DNA of 64,000 nt from an uncultured bacterium (GTDB lineage: Bacteria > Babelota > Babeliae > Babelales > Vermiphilaceae), in the NCBI GenBank assembly GCA_963702025.1, contig OY969699.1:896001-960000 (forward strand), in the 5' to 3' direction. Positions 8,921 to 19,063 of the stretch are shown piece after piece (within the stretch, counting starts at the first letter, position 1; the number at the start of each line of letters is the position of its first letter). A program made the translations under genes and the position numbers. The notes beneath the pieces are model-generated. The model saw only the letters and a list, made by a program, of their open reading frames with translations. It was not told where the DNA came from and ran no database searches.

Positions 8921-10267
8921 ATGAAGAGTCTTAAAATTATATTTTGTGCATTATTATTGATTGCGCTGCCTTTGGTTGCTATGGAGCTGCCAAAAGGAAC
9001 TAAGAAACGGGCCGCTGAAGAAATTGAAGAAGAAAAACCAGCAAAAGTGCAAGCAATTGAAAGTGAGCAAGAGCAAGAAATTGGTAAAGCATTAGAAAAA
9101 GAATATGCTCGGATTGCGCAAGAAGAAAAAATAGAAAAAGAATGGCAAAAAAAATCGGCCTTTGAACGTTTGCCACCTGAAATACAAACGCACATTATTT
9201 CATTTTTAACAACGGCAAAAGGAGTTAACAGAGATGCCCGTTTGCAAGCAGCCGCGCAAAATATTCGTAATTTTATACTAACAAGCAAAACGTTCCAAGC
9301 CCTGCTGGATGATGAAAAGGTGGCTGAATATTTGATTACTGAATTGGCAAAAAATTATATAGCGCAGAACCCAAAAAAAGTAAATCCTGCTGATTTAGTT
9401 AAAGCTGCTCTTGCTTTGCAAACTGCCGGCGCGGGTAACTGGTTGCTATCCACCTACAAAATGACAGCAAGTAGATTGATTGTGAATTCGCTTTTTAGTG
9501 CAGCCGATAGCAATGATCTTAACAGAGTTTCATTTATTTTACGGTATATTCCTGCGTTACTAAATGCCACCGACAACAAGCGCGAAGATGAATACGAGGG
9601 ATGGAACTTGCTTCAAAGAGCGGCCAATCAGGGGCAAGCTGATATAATTGATCTTGTATTGCGTGCGTATGCTACCAATAAACAGCCTGTTCCTTTGATG
9701 GCGTTGACTCCCGGCGGTTCAAATTTGCTCTCGCTTGCAGCCTCAAGCGGTAATCTGGCTGCATTTGATAGAATTTATAATCTTCTTCCGGTAGAAAAAC
9801 GCATTGAATCTCTTACATTGGCAAATAGCAGCGGTAATACTGGATTACATTATGCGGCACAGAACGGCCATCTTGCAATGGTGGATCGCATTCTTAATGA
9901 ACCGGGAACCCAGGCGCTCGTTAATACAGCCAATGAAGATGGCGACACACCGCTTTTTATGGCCGTTGAACAAAATTATTCCGCTATAGTCACCAGATTG
10001 TTGCAGGTGCCGGGTATTGATGTGAATATCCAGGACAACGCCGGGAGAACGCCACTTATCATGGCGATACTAAATAGTAGTCCGGAGATAGTTAAGGCCT
10101 TACTCAAAAAGCAAGGATTTGGTGGCGCGGAATCTTTAAATATTAATTTAAGAAATAATTATGGCCTGACCGCATTAGATTTGGCCAAGAGTCTTGTTCC
10201 TTCGCAAGAAGACACCGGGCAAAGAGATGCCATCATTAAAATGCTTATTGAGCATGGAGCAAAGTAA
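8921..10267 (+). CDS. Exported F-box-like + ankyrin-repeat protein
   Basis: MKSLK...LVAMELP signal, FERLPPEIQTHIISFL, ankyrin repeats (GNTGLHYAA, GDTPLFMAV, GRTPLIMA). Confidence 0.9.
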   Translation: MKSLKIIFCALLLIALPLVAMELPKGTKKRAAEEIEEEKPAKVQAIESEQEQEIGKALEKEYARIAQEEKIEKEWQKKSAFERLPPEIQTHIISFLTTAKGVNRDARLQAAAQNIRNFILTSKTFQALLDDEKVAEYLITELAKNYIAQNPKKVNPADLVKAALALQTAGAGNWLLSTYKMTASRLIVNSLFSAADSNDLNRVSFILRYIPALLNATDNKREDEYEGWNLLQRAANQGQADIIDLVLRAYATNKQPVPLMALTPGGSNLLSLAASSGNLAAFDRIYNLLPVEKRIESLTLANSSGNTGLHYAAQNGHLAMVDRILNEPGTQALVNTANEDGDTPLFMAVEQNYSAIVTRLLQVPGIDVNIQDNAGRTPLIMAILNSSPEIVKALLKKQGFGGAESLNINLRNNYGLTALDLAKSLVPSQEDTGQRDAIIKMLIEHGAK

Positions 10268-11550
10268 TGAAGAGTCTTAAAATTGTATTTTGCGCATCAT
10301 TAATCATTGCCTTTCCTTTGGTTGCCATGGAGCTGCCAAAAGGAACTAAGAAACGGGCCGCTGAAGAAATTGAAGAAGAAAAGCCGGCAAAAGTGCAGGC
10401 AATTGAAGAAAGTGAAAAATCGGCATTCGAACGCTTGCCGATTGAACTTCAAACGCATATTCTCAGTTTCTTAACAACGGCACGAGGAAAAACCAAAGAA
10501 GCGCGGCTGAATGCTGCAACTGAAAATATTAGAAATTTTATGTCACTCAGCAAAGCGTTTCAACCCCTGTTAAATGATGAGAAAATAGCCGATTATTTGA
10601 TTCATGAATTGGCAAAAAACTATATTGCGGCAAATCGCAACAAGATTCAAGAAAGCGATCTTATTGATGCAGCTCTTGCCTTACAAACTATTGGTGCAGG
10701 TAGATGGCTCAAAGCACAATCATTCAGACGAACTATTATTACTTATTTGGGCGTTGCTTTATTGCGTGAACTCTTTCAAGTGGTAGAAAAAAATAATCTT
10801 GCAAAGGCAGGGTTTATTCTTTCATATGTACCTGAATTGGTAAATCGCCCCCGCATGGAATATGGGCAACCTGGAATGTTGAGCGGAGATGAACGTTTAT
10901 TATTTGTGGCAATAGATAAAAAGAATGTGCCGATGATAGAATTGTTGCTCAAGGTACCTGGGGTGGATACTAATGTAACCGACCAATGCGGTAATGGTTT
11001 AATACTCCTAGCAATCTGGACCAATGACCTTGCAGTTTTTGAAAAGGTTCTTACTGCACCCGGGATTAATGTGAATCATAAAAATAATAAGGGGCATTCT
11101 CCGTTCTTTGCGATAATGAACGATGACGATCTTGATAAAATAGCGTTTCTTAGGGCACTGCTCAATGCTCCGGGAGTAGATGTTAATATCCGAAATAAAT
11201 ATAATAGCACACCATTGATATATGCTGTTGATGCTCGCTTAATCGATGAGATAAAAATTCTTTTGAATAATCCTGGTGTTGACGTTAATCTACAAAATGC
11301 TCGTGGGCAGACCGCACTTATTGAAGCGGTTCACAATTCAATCCCAGTATTAACAACAGATAACTTAAAAATGGTCGAAACTCTTTTAAGCAATCCGAAT
11401 ATCAATGTGAACATTGCCGACAATAATGGCATTACGGCACTTGCCCTTGCAAGAAATACCCAAGATACCGCCCAAAGCCATGCCGTGCGGGCTCTGATTA
11501 TTAAAATGCTCATGGAGCATGGGGCCGAGGAGCCACCGGCTGGCCATTAA
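10267..11550 (+). CDS. Exported F-box-like + ankyrin-repeat protein
   Basis: N-terminus nearly identical to the upstream paralog, FERLPIELQTHILSFL, ankyrin repeats. TAATG stop/start overlap. Confidence 0.9.
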   Translation: MKSLKIVFCASLIIAFPLVAMELPKGTKKRAAEEIEEEKPAKVQAIEESEKSAFERLPIELQTHILSFLTTARGKTKEARLNAATENIRNFMSLSKAFQPLLNDEKIADYLIHELAKNYIAANRNKIQESDLIDAALALQTIGAGRWLKAQSFRRTIITYLGVALLRELFQVVEKNNLAKAGFILSYVPELVNRPRMEYGQPGMLSGDERLLFVAIDKKNVPMIELLLKVPGVDTNVTDQCGNGLILLAIWTNDLAVFEKVLTAPGINVNHKNNKGHSPFFAIMNDDDLDKIAFLRALLNAPGVDVNIRNKYNSTPLIYAVDARLIDEIKILLNNPGVDVNLQNARGQTALIEAVHNSIPVLTTDNLKMVETLLSNPNINVNIADNNGITALALARNTQDTAQSHAVRALIIKMLMEHGAEEPPAGH

Positions 11551-11556
11551 ATTTTT

Positions 11557-12060
11557 TTAAATTAATTTGGGCCGCAATGCTCGTTGAAGATCTACATTGG
11601 TGGTTAACTCTTGCGCAATTTGTTCCTTATTATTTTTTAGATTCAGATCCGGATTGTATTTAAGTAAGAGCATCACAAGCTCTTTATTATTGGCACGCGC
11701 GGCAATCATTATTGCAGTGAAGCCATCTCTGTTTTGTGCATTAATGTTTGCTTTTTTTTCTAAGAGGAGCGTGATAATGTGCAGATAATTTTGTTTGGCA
11801 GCATCGTTTTTTGCGCTCACATAGCGCTGCACTGCTCTCATTAACGGCGTGTATTTATCGCTGTCTTCTTCATTCACATTAAAATTCTTGAGCAGTAAAT
11901 TTTTAAGTTCAGTCTCATTTCCTTTTTGCACCGCATCAATAACCGGCGTTGGGCGAATTTGCAATTCTTCGCCTGATGGTATGCGGGGCAGTTGCATAGC
12001 GGTGAGATTTGCCATTGAGGCAGTAATGAGAATGGTGAGAACAAGAGGTCTAATCATCAT
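11557..12060 (-). CDS. Exported ankyrin-repeat protein
   Basis: Signal peptide then AMQLP. Repeats YTPLMRAV and GFTAIMIAA. Confidence 0.9.
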   Translation of the reverse strand: MMIRPLVLTILITASMANLTAMQLPRIPSGEELQIRPTPVIDAVQKGNETELKNLLLKNFNVNEEDSDKYTPLMRAVQRYVSAKNDAAKQNYLHIITLLLEKKANINAQNRDGFTAIMIAARANNKELVMLLLKYNPDLNLKNNKEQIAQELTTNVDLQRALRPKLI

Positions 12061-12169
12061 TTTTTACTCCGTAGGTTTTTTGTTTTATAGCGTAGCAGAG
12101 GTGGGGAATTTATTACGATAGTTTTTTATTTGCCGTCCGCGGCAATGGCAGGAATATTTATTTATTTAA

Positions 12170-12420
12170 TCGCCCTCCGGGCGTAGGCCAAAGGGTGTTA
12201 AATCTGAACACCCTTTGGAATCCCCAGACCAAGGCTGCGCCTTTGGATCCCTCATTTCGTGCCAATTCGCGACCTCGCGCTTGGCGCTCCAATCGCTCAG
12301 TGGCACTTGTCTGAATTTCTTATTAAATTTTTTAAACCGTTCGTGCTGACCCTTCGGCAAAGCTCAGGAGTAAACGCCCAGCCTACCCGCCGAAGCTTTA
12401 GCGAAGGCTGGGTCGAAGCA
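12170..12420. repeat. Mosaic of GC-rich palindromic hairpin elements
   Basis: CCAAAGGGTGTT...AACACCCTTTGG hairpin, CCCTTCGGCAAAGCTCAGGA and CGAAGCTTTAGCGAAG motifs, all recurring elsewhere in the window. Confidence 0.75.
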
Positions 12421-12613
12421 TTTTTTAATAATGTCTTTTGCTAGGGGTTTTGGGGTCCCCTCGAGCAAAAGCTATTTCCTTAGCATTCTAATGGTAGGGG
12501 TTAAATTCCAATCTAGGCGGTACCGAGCTCGAATAGGCGTAGCCTATGAGTGGCGAGAGGCTGCCTTGTCCGCTGTAAGCGGCATGTGCAGCCGTGATGA
12601 GCGCCGTCGGGAT
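12419..12613 (+). repeat. ~195-bp element, copy 1 (inverted partner at 19064-19258)
   Basis: Reverse complement of 19064-19258 apart from a few substitutions and 1-nt indels. Confidence 0.93.
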
Positions 12614-12629
12614 CCCCAAGGTGCACCTT

Positions 12630-12676
12630 GGGTGAACGGGGGTGTGGGGGCGTTTTCAAGAACGCCACCACGTTAA
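12630..12676 (+). repeat. Hairpin element GGTGAA..GGGGGTGTGGGGG..TTTTCAAGAA..CCAC
   Basis: Diverged direct copy at about 19554-19603. Confidence 0.7.
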
Positions 12677-12734
12677 TCGCTGGCCGCGGAGGCCAAATAA
12701 AAATATAATTTCTTCTGCTGCCCGCAGGTCAAAA

Positions 12735-14819
12735 TTACTTTGTATACCTGCTACCAGTTATGGCAACCAATTTTTCAGTCAACGAAAACCATGGATATCG
12801 TTCATCATGATTATGGCACATCGCAGTTTGTGCCTGCGCAATGGTTAAGGCGGTATTGCCGTTATGGTCGGTGAGCAATGGATCGGCGCCGGCATTGCTT
12901 AAAATATCAATTATGTTTTCACCACTTACGGAGCGCACTGCGATCATTAATGGTGTTTTGCCGGTAGGGTCTTGGGCATTAACATTAGCTTTATGGTCTA
13001 AAAGAAATTGCACGAGTGAGCCATTAAAGCTTTCAGCAGCATAATGCAGTGCCGTTTTCCCTTGACTATTTTTTTCTGCTATTATTGCCCCATGTTTTAC
13101 CAATAATTCCGCTATTTCCAAAGGTCTTTCATGTCTTTCATAATGCCAACTTTTACAAAGATGTTGCAAGGGCGTTTTCCCTTTATATTCTCCTTTCAGG
13201 TTCGGATTATTTTCTAATAAATACTGAACAATTTCTTTATTTCTGGAGCTTATTGCTGTGTGTAGCATTATGTGTTTATGTGTGGATAAATCGGCGCCGG
13301 CTTCTATCAGACATTTAATAATAGCAAGATTGTTTGTTAAACAGAGCGGAGCTTCTTCTGTGCCGGCATTAATGGCATAATCTGCATTCTTCTTTAATAG
13401 GAGTGAAACTAACTCTTCATTATCATGCAGACACGCTACCATGAGTGGGCTGTAATTGTTTTTTGAAACCATATTTACGCAGGCGCCGTGTTCTAATAAC
13501 AGGGTAACGAGTGGAAGGTTTGACCGTTCGCATGCTATCATGAGAGGTGTTTTCCCTTCATTGTTTGCTTTGTCAACAATAATGGCTTTATTGGCAAGTA
13601 ATGTTGTTACTGATTGTAACTTTTTTTCACGTACCGCTTCGGTAAGAGGCGTATTGCCATCCCTATCAGCAGCATTGATATCAGCACCCAGATTAGTAAG
13701 AATTTTTACCGCTTCATGATAATCATTTTCCTTATCCCATCTGCAACATTGATGAAGAGGTCTAGATTTAAAATAATTGTCCACAATTTCATCGGGATCA
13801 ACGCCACGCTTAACCAGAAGTTGCGCAATATCAGCAAATCCCTTGATTGCGGCGGTTAAAAGTGCTTTGCCGGTCGGTTTAAGCTTATGCGCAAGCAAGA
13901 TTGTAAGAAAGGGAATATTGCGTTTTGTAATAACATCATCGATTAATCTGGCATGCACTTCGGCATTACCCGCGATAGCAGGATCTTTGAGAAACATTCT
14001 TTGGAATTCGGGATCTGGATAATCGGGTATCTTTTTTGCAATATTACCAAGGTTCCAAGAATCTATCTGTGTAAGATCAATATTACGCGGATAAATAAGA
14101 TCAACCAGTGGTTTGTTTTTTTGGTGTAGAGCTATCAACAAGGCTTTTTCTTTATTGTCATGCTTTTCGTATTCAATTAATCGTTGAGCAGCAGGAACAT
14201 TGCCCGCAAGAGCTGCATAAATAAATGGCGTGCGGTTAAAGTAGTCATAGGTATCGGTTAAGGCTTGTTGTTCGAGCAAGAGTGCTGTTGCCTTTTGATT
14301 ATGGTGCATAATTGCGTGGCTCAACAAAGATGTATTATTCTTGTCGCACAAATTAGGATCTATTGTTCTCTGATTGATAAGTTTCTGTAAAAAATTAATG
14401 GGAGCTTTTTGGATGATTGCTTGCATGGCTACTGCTATTATTTTTTTCGCGTCATTGCTATTGTTCAAATCTTCCAGCCAATTCCATTTTAATTTACTCT
14501 TGAGTGCAAGAACTTGAGTGATTTTATGATCAGCATCTTTTTGTATTGATTGTGGTAAGAATGAGAGAAGTTTATAAATATCGGAATGATAGTTGGTGCC
14601 CCAGCGTTTATCAAAGACAATGCAATAGTTGCGGATATCATTGAGATTTTTATTTTCCCCCACGTGGTGCAATATTTTAAGGTGTAGTTCAAGGGGTAAA
14701 AGTTCGAGGCAGGGAGCTATCGGCATTTTTTCCTGTTTTTCCATTGCATGAATCGTTGTACTCAGCAAAAGGAGAAATAAACTCCTTTTGAAGCAAATAG
14801 TGTGCATCATTGCGCTCAT
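12735..14819 (-). CDS. Exported F-box-like + long ankyrin-repeat protein
   Basis: Signal then AMEKQ, LELLPLELHLKILHHV, more than 10 ankyrin repeats. Confidence 0.92.
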   Translation of the reverse strand: MSAMMHTICFKRSLFLLLLSTTIHAMEKQEKMPIAPCLELLPLELHLKILHHVGENKNLNDIRNYCIVFDKRWGTNYHSDIYKLLSFLPQSIQKDADHKITQVLALKSKLKWNWLEDLNNSNDAKKIIAVAMQAIIQKAPINFLQKLINQRTIDPNLCDKNNTSLLSHAIMHHNQKATALLLEQQALTDTYDYFNRTPFIYAALAGNVPAAQRLIEYEKHDNKEKALLIALHQKNKPLVDLIYPRNIDLTQIDSWNLGNIAKKIPDYPDPEFQRMFLKDPAIAGNAEVHARLIDDVITKRNIPFLTILLAHKLKPTGKALLTAAIKGFADIAQLLVKRGVDPDEIVDNYFKSRPLHQCCRWDKENDYHEAVKILTNLGADINAADRDGNTPLTEAVREKKLQSVTTLLANKAIIVDKANNEGKTPLMIACERSNLPLVTLLLEHGACVNMVSKNNYSPLMVACLHDNEELVSLLLKKNADYAINAGTEEAPLCLTNNLAIIKCLIEAGADLSTHKHIMLHTAISSRNKEIVQYLLENNPNLKGEYKGKTPLQHLCKSWHYERHERPLEIAELLVKHGAIIAEKNSQGKTALHYAAESFNGSLVQFLLDHKANVNAQDPTGKTPLMIAVRSVSGENIIDILSNAGADPLLTDHNGNTALTIAQAQTAMCHNHDERYPWFSLTEKLVAITGSRYTK

Positions 14820-14865
14820 TTTTTAATTTGGTATTTATCCGTGATTGAAGCAGAGCATACAAAAA

Positions 14866-16929
14866 TTATTTTTGGAAGGCGAGCTTTTTATCATTGCCGC
14901 TATACGTAATCATTTTTTCTATAATTGGCAGCCAATTTATGGTGTAATCTTGATATTTACGGCATTGAGCTGCTTGCTCTTGCGCGGAGCTCAGTGCACT
15001 GAATCCATCATTATCTTTTATCCAAGGATTAGCTCCCGCATCAAGAAGCGTATGAACAATTTCACCATTTTCTGCTGTAATGGCATGCATTAATGGTGTT
15101 TTGCCTTCATCGTCTTGTGCATTAAAATTTGCTCCTTTTTTTATCAGAAGAGTCATAAACGGGATCCGTAAGCGAGAATCAACACGGTGAGCCGCAATGT
15201 GATGCAATGGAGTTTGGCCTTTCATGTCGGTAGCATTAACAGTAATGCCTGCATCGAGTAACAATCGGGCGCAGCATAGATAGTTTTCTCCTTGAGTATC
15301 GGTCAAATCAGCTAAAGTGTGCAATAATGTTTTACCACAATGTTGCGTAGTAACATCAGCTCCTTTTTCTAAGAGCATCTTAAGAAGTTTACTGTTTTTG
15401 GTTGTTACGGCTCCCAAAAGCATGCTATTTTTACTTGCCTGAAAATCGGCCCCTGCTTTAATGAGTTTTTTAATGATGTGCGACGATCCCCTAAATGCTG
15501 CAACATCTAATGGTGATCTTCCGCAGGGATTGCGAGCGTTCGGGTCTGCTTTGGCCTCAAGCAAAAAATCAATAACCGGTTCGCTTTGTTCGCAAATGGC
15601 CAGAGCATCGTGAGGAATTTGAGCACCATGGCTTATGAGTAATTTAATGATAGAAATATCGCCACATTGTAAAGCGGGTGATATTGGGGTTTCTCCCCGT
15701 TTATTTTTTTCATTCGCCGTGGCTCCGTGATCGAGCAATATTTGTATGATATGCGGGCATGGATAATTGGCGGCAACAAATAATGGCTTTATGCCAAATT
15801 GTTTATCTTCCTTGCTAACATCGAGACCTAAAGAGATGAGCAATTTAATGGCACGAGGATCATCTTCTCCTTTATTCCAAAGCCGAAAAAATATACCATA
15901 ATTAGGATCGGCGCCACCCTTTACCAGGATTTGCGCAACCTCAGCGAGATTATTGTATACTGCATTAAACAACATATCTTGCGTAATTTTAATCTCTGCC
16001 GATTTTTCTGTTAAGAGCCACGTGATCAGATTAGTATTGTTATTTTTGATAGCGGAGTTCAGTAAGTTTTCTAAACGGTAAACGGAAAAAATTCTCGCAT
16101 CGGTACTTATTATTTTTTTGCAAACGGCCGGATCGGTATAATGTGAGAGGCCTTCCATGAGACTATGAAGGTGATTATAATCAATTTCTTTAGGGTAGAG
16201 ATATTCAACAATTTCTTTACTATTATTTTTCAACGCGAGGCACCAAGATTCAAATTTGTTGATTGCTTTTTTTTCAACCAATTTTTTAACCAGTGGTAAA
16301 TTGTTTTTTAAAATTGCATAATCGAGTGGTGTTCGGGAAAATAGATCTTTTTTATTAAAAAAAAGCAACGCGGATTTATTTTCTAAAAGGTACAGTGCCG
16401 CAGCGTCATTATCATACAGTATGGCTCGAGAGAGTAATGATGTTTCATTCTCATCGGTTAGGTTAGCGCAAATTTGTTCTTGTGTAATAAGATGTTCTAA
16501 AAAAGCAACCGGTGCTTTTCGGGTGATTGCCTGGAGAGCAATCTCACTTTGTGTGCTCACTGCAGCATTTTTATAGTTTTTTTTGATCCAATCCCATTTA
16601 AGAACACTATTCAACGGGAGCAGATGACACATAGTATCATTAACATTCTTTTTTATCGATTGTGGTAAGAATGATATAAGTGCATCTATATCTGAGTGAT
16701 AGTTGGTGCCCCAGCGCTTGTCAAAGACAATGCAATAATTACGGATATCATTGAGGTTTTTATTTGTGCCCACATGCTTTAGTATTTCTAATTGCACATC
16801 TTTGGGAAGTGATTCTATGCAAGCAATCATTTGCTTTGGTTGGTGCTGTTTTTCCATGGCCTGGATGAAATGGATTGAAATAGTCAGGGAAATGAAAAGC
16901 GTAATTATTTTCCGGAAATAATTGTGCAT
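14866..16929 (-). CDS. Exported F-box-like + long ankyrin-repeat protein
   Basis: Signal then AMEKQ, IESLPKDVQLEILKHV, shares NLNDIRNYCIVFDKRWGTNYHSDI with its neighbour, ankyrin repeats. Confidence 0.92.
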   Translation of the reverse strand: MHNYFRKIITLFISLTISIHFIQAMEKQHQPKQMIACIESLPKDVQLEILKHVGTNKNLNDIRNYCIVFDKRWGTNYHSDIDALISFLPQSIKKNVNDTMCHLLPLNSVLKWDWIKKNYKNAAVSTQSEIALQAITRKAPVAFLEHLITQEQICANLTDENETSLLSRAILYDNDAAALYLLENKSALLFFNKKDLFSRTPLDYAILKNNLPLVKKLVEKKAINKFESWCLALKNNSKEIVEYLYPKEIDYNHLHSLMEGLSHYTDPAVCKKIISTDARIFSVYRLENLLNSAIKNNNTNLITWLLTEKSAEIKITQDMLFNAVYNNLAEVAQILVKGGADPNYGIFFRLWNKGEDDPRAIKLLISLGLDVSKEDKQFGIKPLFVAANYPCPHIIQILLDHGATANEKNKRGETPISPALQCGDISIIKLLISHGAQIPHDALAICEQSEPVIDFLLEAKADPNARNPCGRSPLDVAAFRGSSHIIKKLIKAGADFQASKNSMLLGAVTTKNSKLLKMLLEKGADVTTQHCGKTLLHTLADLTDTQGENYLCCARLLLDAGITVNATDMKGQTPLHHIAAHRVDSRLRIPFMTLLIKKGANFNAQDDEGKTPLMHAITAENGEIVHTLLDAGANPWIKDNDGFSALSSAQEQAAQCRKYQDYTINWLPIIEKMITYSGNDKKLAFQK

Positions 16930-16981
16930 TTTTTATGATCCTTGCAGGGAGAGCAAACTTGCCCTCCCTGCAATTTGTATC

Positions 16982-18838
16982 TTATTTTTTACAATTATTT
17001 GCTTTCCCGATGTATTCAATAAGCCGTTCCGTGAGCATGAACCATGGTTGTTTGTTAGCACAGCTTTCAGCAGCGGCTGCTCTTTTTTGAACAATCATTA
17101 TTGGCGTATCGCCACTATTATCCGCTAAAAGAGGATTGGCGCCGGCATTAATAAGTGCATCTACGATGTGGGGGTTGACATAGTTGAAGGCATGGTGTAG
17201 CGGTGTTTTACCTTCATTATCTTGCTCATTTACCGGTGCTTTATGGTCCAAAAGAAGTTGTAAGATTGAGATATCAGTATTATCGACGGCATAATGAAGT
17301 GCCGTTTTTCCTTCAGTATTTTTTGCTGCGACGTTCGCGCCGTTTTTTACCAATAATCGAGCTAATTCTACATCTTCGACATAACAAGAATTGTCACAAG
17401 CATGCTGTAACAGAGTTTTTCCTTTATATTCCTGATTAACATTTGCGTTATTTTCCAATAAAAATGTCACGATAGCATATTCTTTTTGATGTACAGCATT
17501 ATAAAGCATTATCTTTTTATTCGATTCTAAATCGGCGCCGGCTTGAATCAGACGTTTAATAATGGTGGGCTGCTGAGAGAATTTGGCCGCTAGGCAAAGT
17601 GGTGACTTACTGGTGCCATTATTGATAGTATAATCTGCTTCGTTTTCTAATAAAAAATTAACCAATTCATCATTATTGCTCTGGCACGCCAAGAGGAGTG
17701 GATTGTAGTTATCATTTGACATCGCGTTTATAGACGCACCATTTTTTAATAAAAGTTCGGCTAGGGGAAGATTTCCGCGCATGCAAGCGATGTGTAACGC
17801 TGTCCTTCCATTATTATTTCTCGCATCAACAAGAGCTTTGCACGCAAGTAATGTAGTTGCTATTCGCAATGGTGCATCATGGTGATCTGATGCGTGGGCT
17901 GTTTGCATAAGGGGAGTATCGCCACTATCATCAACCCCATTAACATCGGCACCTAAATTAATAAGAATTTTTATCGCTTCTGGATTGTCTTTTTTTCCCA
18001 TGATACAACGATGGATTGGTTTAGAGGTTCCTAATTGTTCATTAGGGTTCACACCGGCATCAATTAACAAGCGAGCAATATCAACAAGCCCTTCATTTGC
18101 TGCGATAACGAGTGCTTCAGCGTTTGGCTTGATATTTTGGGCTACTAACGTTTTGATAAAACTAATATTATTTTTTTCTATTGTGCTTTCAAATAAATAA
18201 GCTCTTTCGTGGTCCGTTAAATTCGAAAGTTTCGGATCGTTAAGAAGGGCCGTTTGCATTTGAGTGTCAGGATAGTCCGTTAATGTTTCTAAAATATTGT
18301 GAATGTGCCAGTTGTCGAAATTCTTTAGTTCAATATGTTGCGGGTATAATACTTCAATAATTTGTGTATTTTTGTTTTTCATTGCTGATACAAATGCTTG
18401 CTGCAATAATCTATTTGCTTCTTGGGGCTGCGCATTGGGTTTTTCTATTTCTAGCAAACGTTGTATGGCCGGAAGATTGCCTGCCAATACGGCATAGTTA
18501 AATGGGGAATGGAAAAGCATATCCATGACATTGGTTTTGGCTTTTCTTGTAAGAAGTTCCTTAAAGGCGTCATGATTATGGTGTATAATCGCGTGGCTGA
18601 GTAAACAGGTTTTATTTCTATCGCTGGCATTTACCATTTCAGGATTTTCATCAAGTAATGGGAGCAGTGCTCCAACCGGTTTTTTTTGCGCAATTGCGCT
18701 AATAATCTGTTGAACTTGTGTTTCATTTTTTTTCTGAGCATCATTATTTTTCTCTAATGTGCACAAATAGAATCCTCCCATTGGTGAAATAGTTTGGATT
18801 AGCAAACAACTGAGTATAATTGTGCGCCGTAACAACAT
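16982..18838 (-). CDS. Exported long ankyrin-repeat protein (no F-box-like segment)
   Basis: Ankyrin repeats (GDTPLMQTA, GRTALHIAC, GKTALHYAV). Paralogous to 12735..14819. Confidence 0.92.
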   Translation of the reverse strand: MLLRRTIILSCLLIQTISPMGGFYLCTLEKNNDAQKKNETQVQQIISAIAQKKPVGALLPLLDENPEMVNASDRNKTCLLSHAIIHHNHDAFKELLTRKAKTNVMDMLFHSPFNYAVLAGNLPAIQRLLEIEKPNAQPQEANRLLQQAFVSAMKNKNTQIIEVLYPQHIELKNFDNWHIHNILETLTDYPDTQMQTALLNDPKLSNLTDHERAYLFESTIEKNNISFIKTLVAQNIKPNAEALVIAANEGLVDIARLLIDAGVNPNEQLGTSKPIHRCIMGKKDNPEAIKILINLGADVNGVDDSGDTPLMQTAHASDHHDAPLRIATTLLACKALVDARNNNGRTALHIACMRGNLPLAELLLKNGASINAMSNDNYNPLLLACQSNNDELVNFLLENEADYTINNGTSKSPLCLAAKFSQQPTIIKRLIQAGADLESNKKIMLYNAVHQKEYAIVTFLLENNANVNQEYKGKTLLQHACDNSCYVEDVELARLLVKNGANVAAKNTEGKTALHYAVDNTDISILQLLLDHKAPVNEQDNEGKTPLHHAFNYVNPHIVDALINAGANPLLADNSGDTPIMIVQKRAAAAESCANKQPWFMLTERLIEYIGKANNCKK

Positions 18839-19063
18839 GGATTAAAACTCCTTTTTTAAGTTTTGATTATAAAACAGTGTGAGCATACAAAAATTATTTT
18901 TAGAAGTCGAATAGCTGCATAGTATTTCAAAATCCGTTCGCCTCGATCGAAGCATTTTTTTATAAGAAATTATATTTTTACTTTGCCCCTTCGCGGGGCG
19001 GCGGCAGGAAGGTTTTCGCAAACCCTCCTGCACCACGTGCTCCAAAGGGCTTCGCCCTTTGTA

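Noticed and set aside
12518..12534. GGTACCGAGCTCGAAT resembles the pUC polylinker (KpnI-SacI-partial EcoRI), suggesting vector contamination
   Set aside because: Only 16 nt match, there is no flanking vector sequence, and it lies inside a ~195-bp element present in two naturally diverged copies.
12431..12676. ORFs 12431..12676 (+) and 18842..19186 (-) share the peptide GVKFQ.RRYRARIG.AYEWREAALS
   Set aside because: The similarity comes only from the DNA repeat. Their starts and ends differ and there is no transposase motif, so they are probably not real proteins.
12160..12730. GC-rich structured intergenic region considered as a group I/II intron, RNase P RNA, tmRNA or riboswitch
   Set aside because: I could not recognise the conserved core motifs of these RNAs. 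The region is better explained as a mosaic of the dispersed palindromes. An Rfam scan would be needed to exclude it fully.
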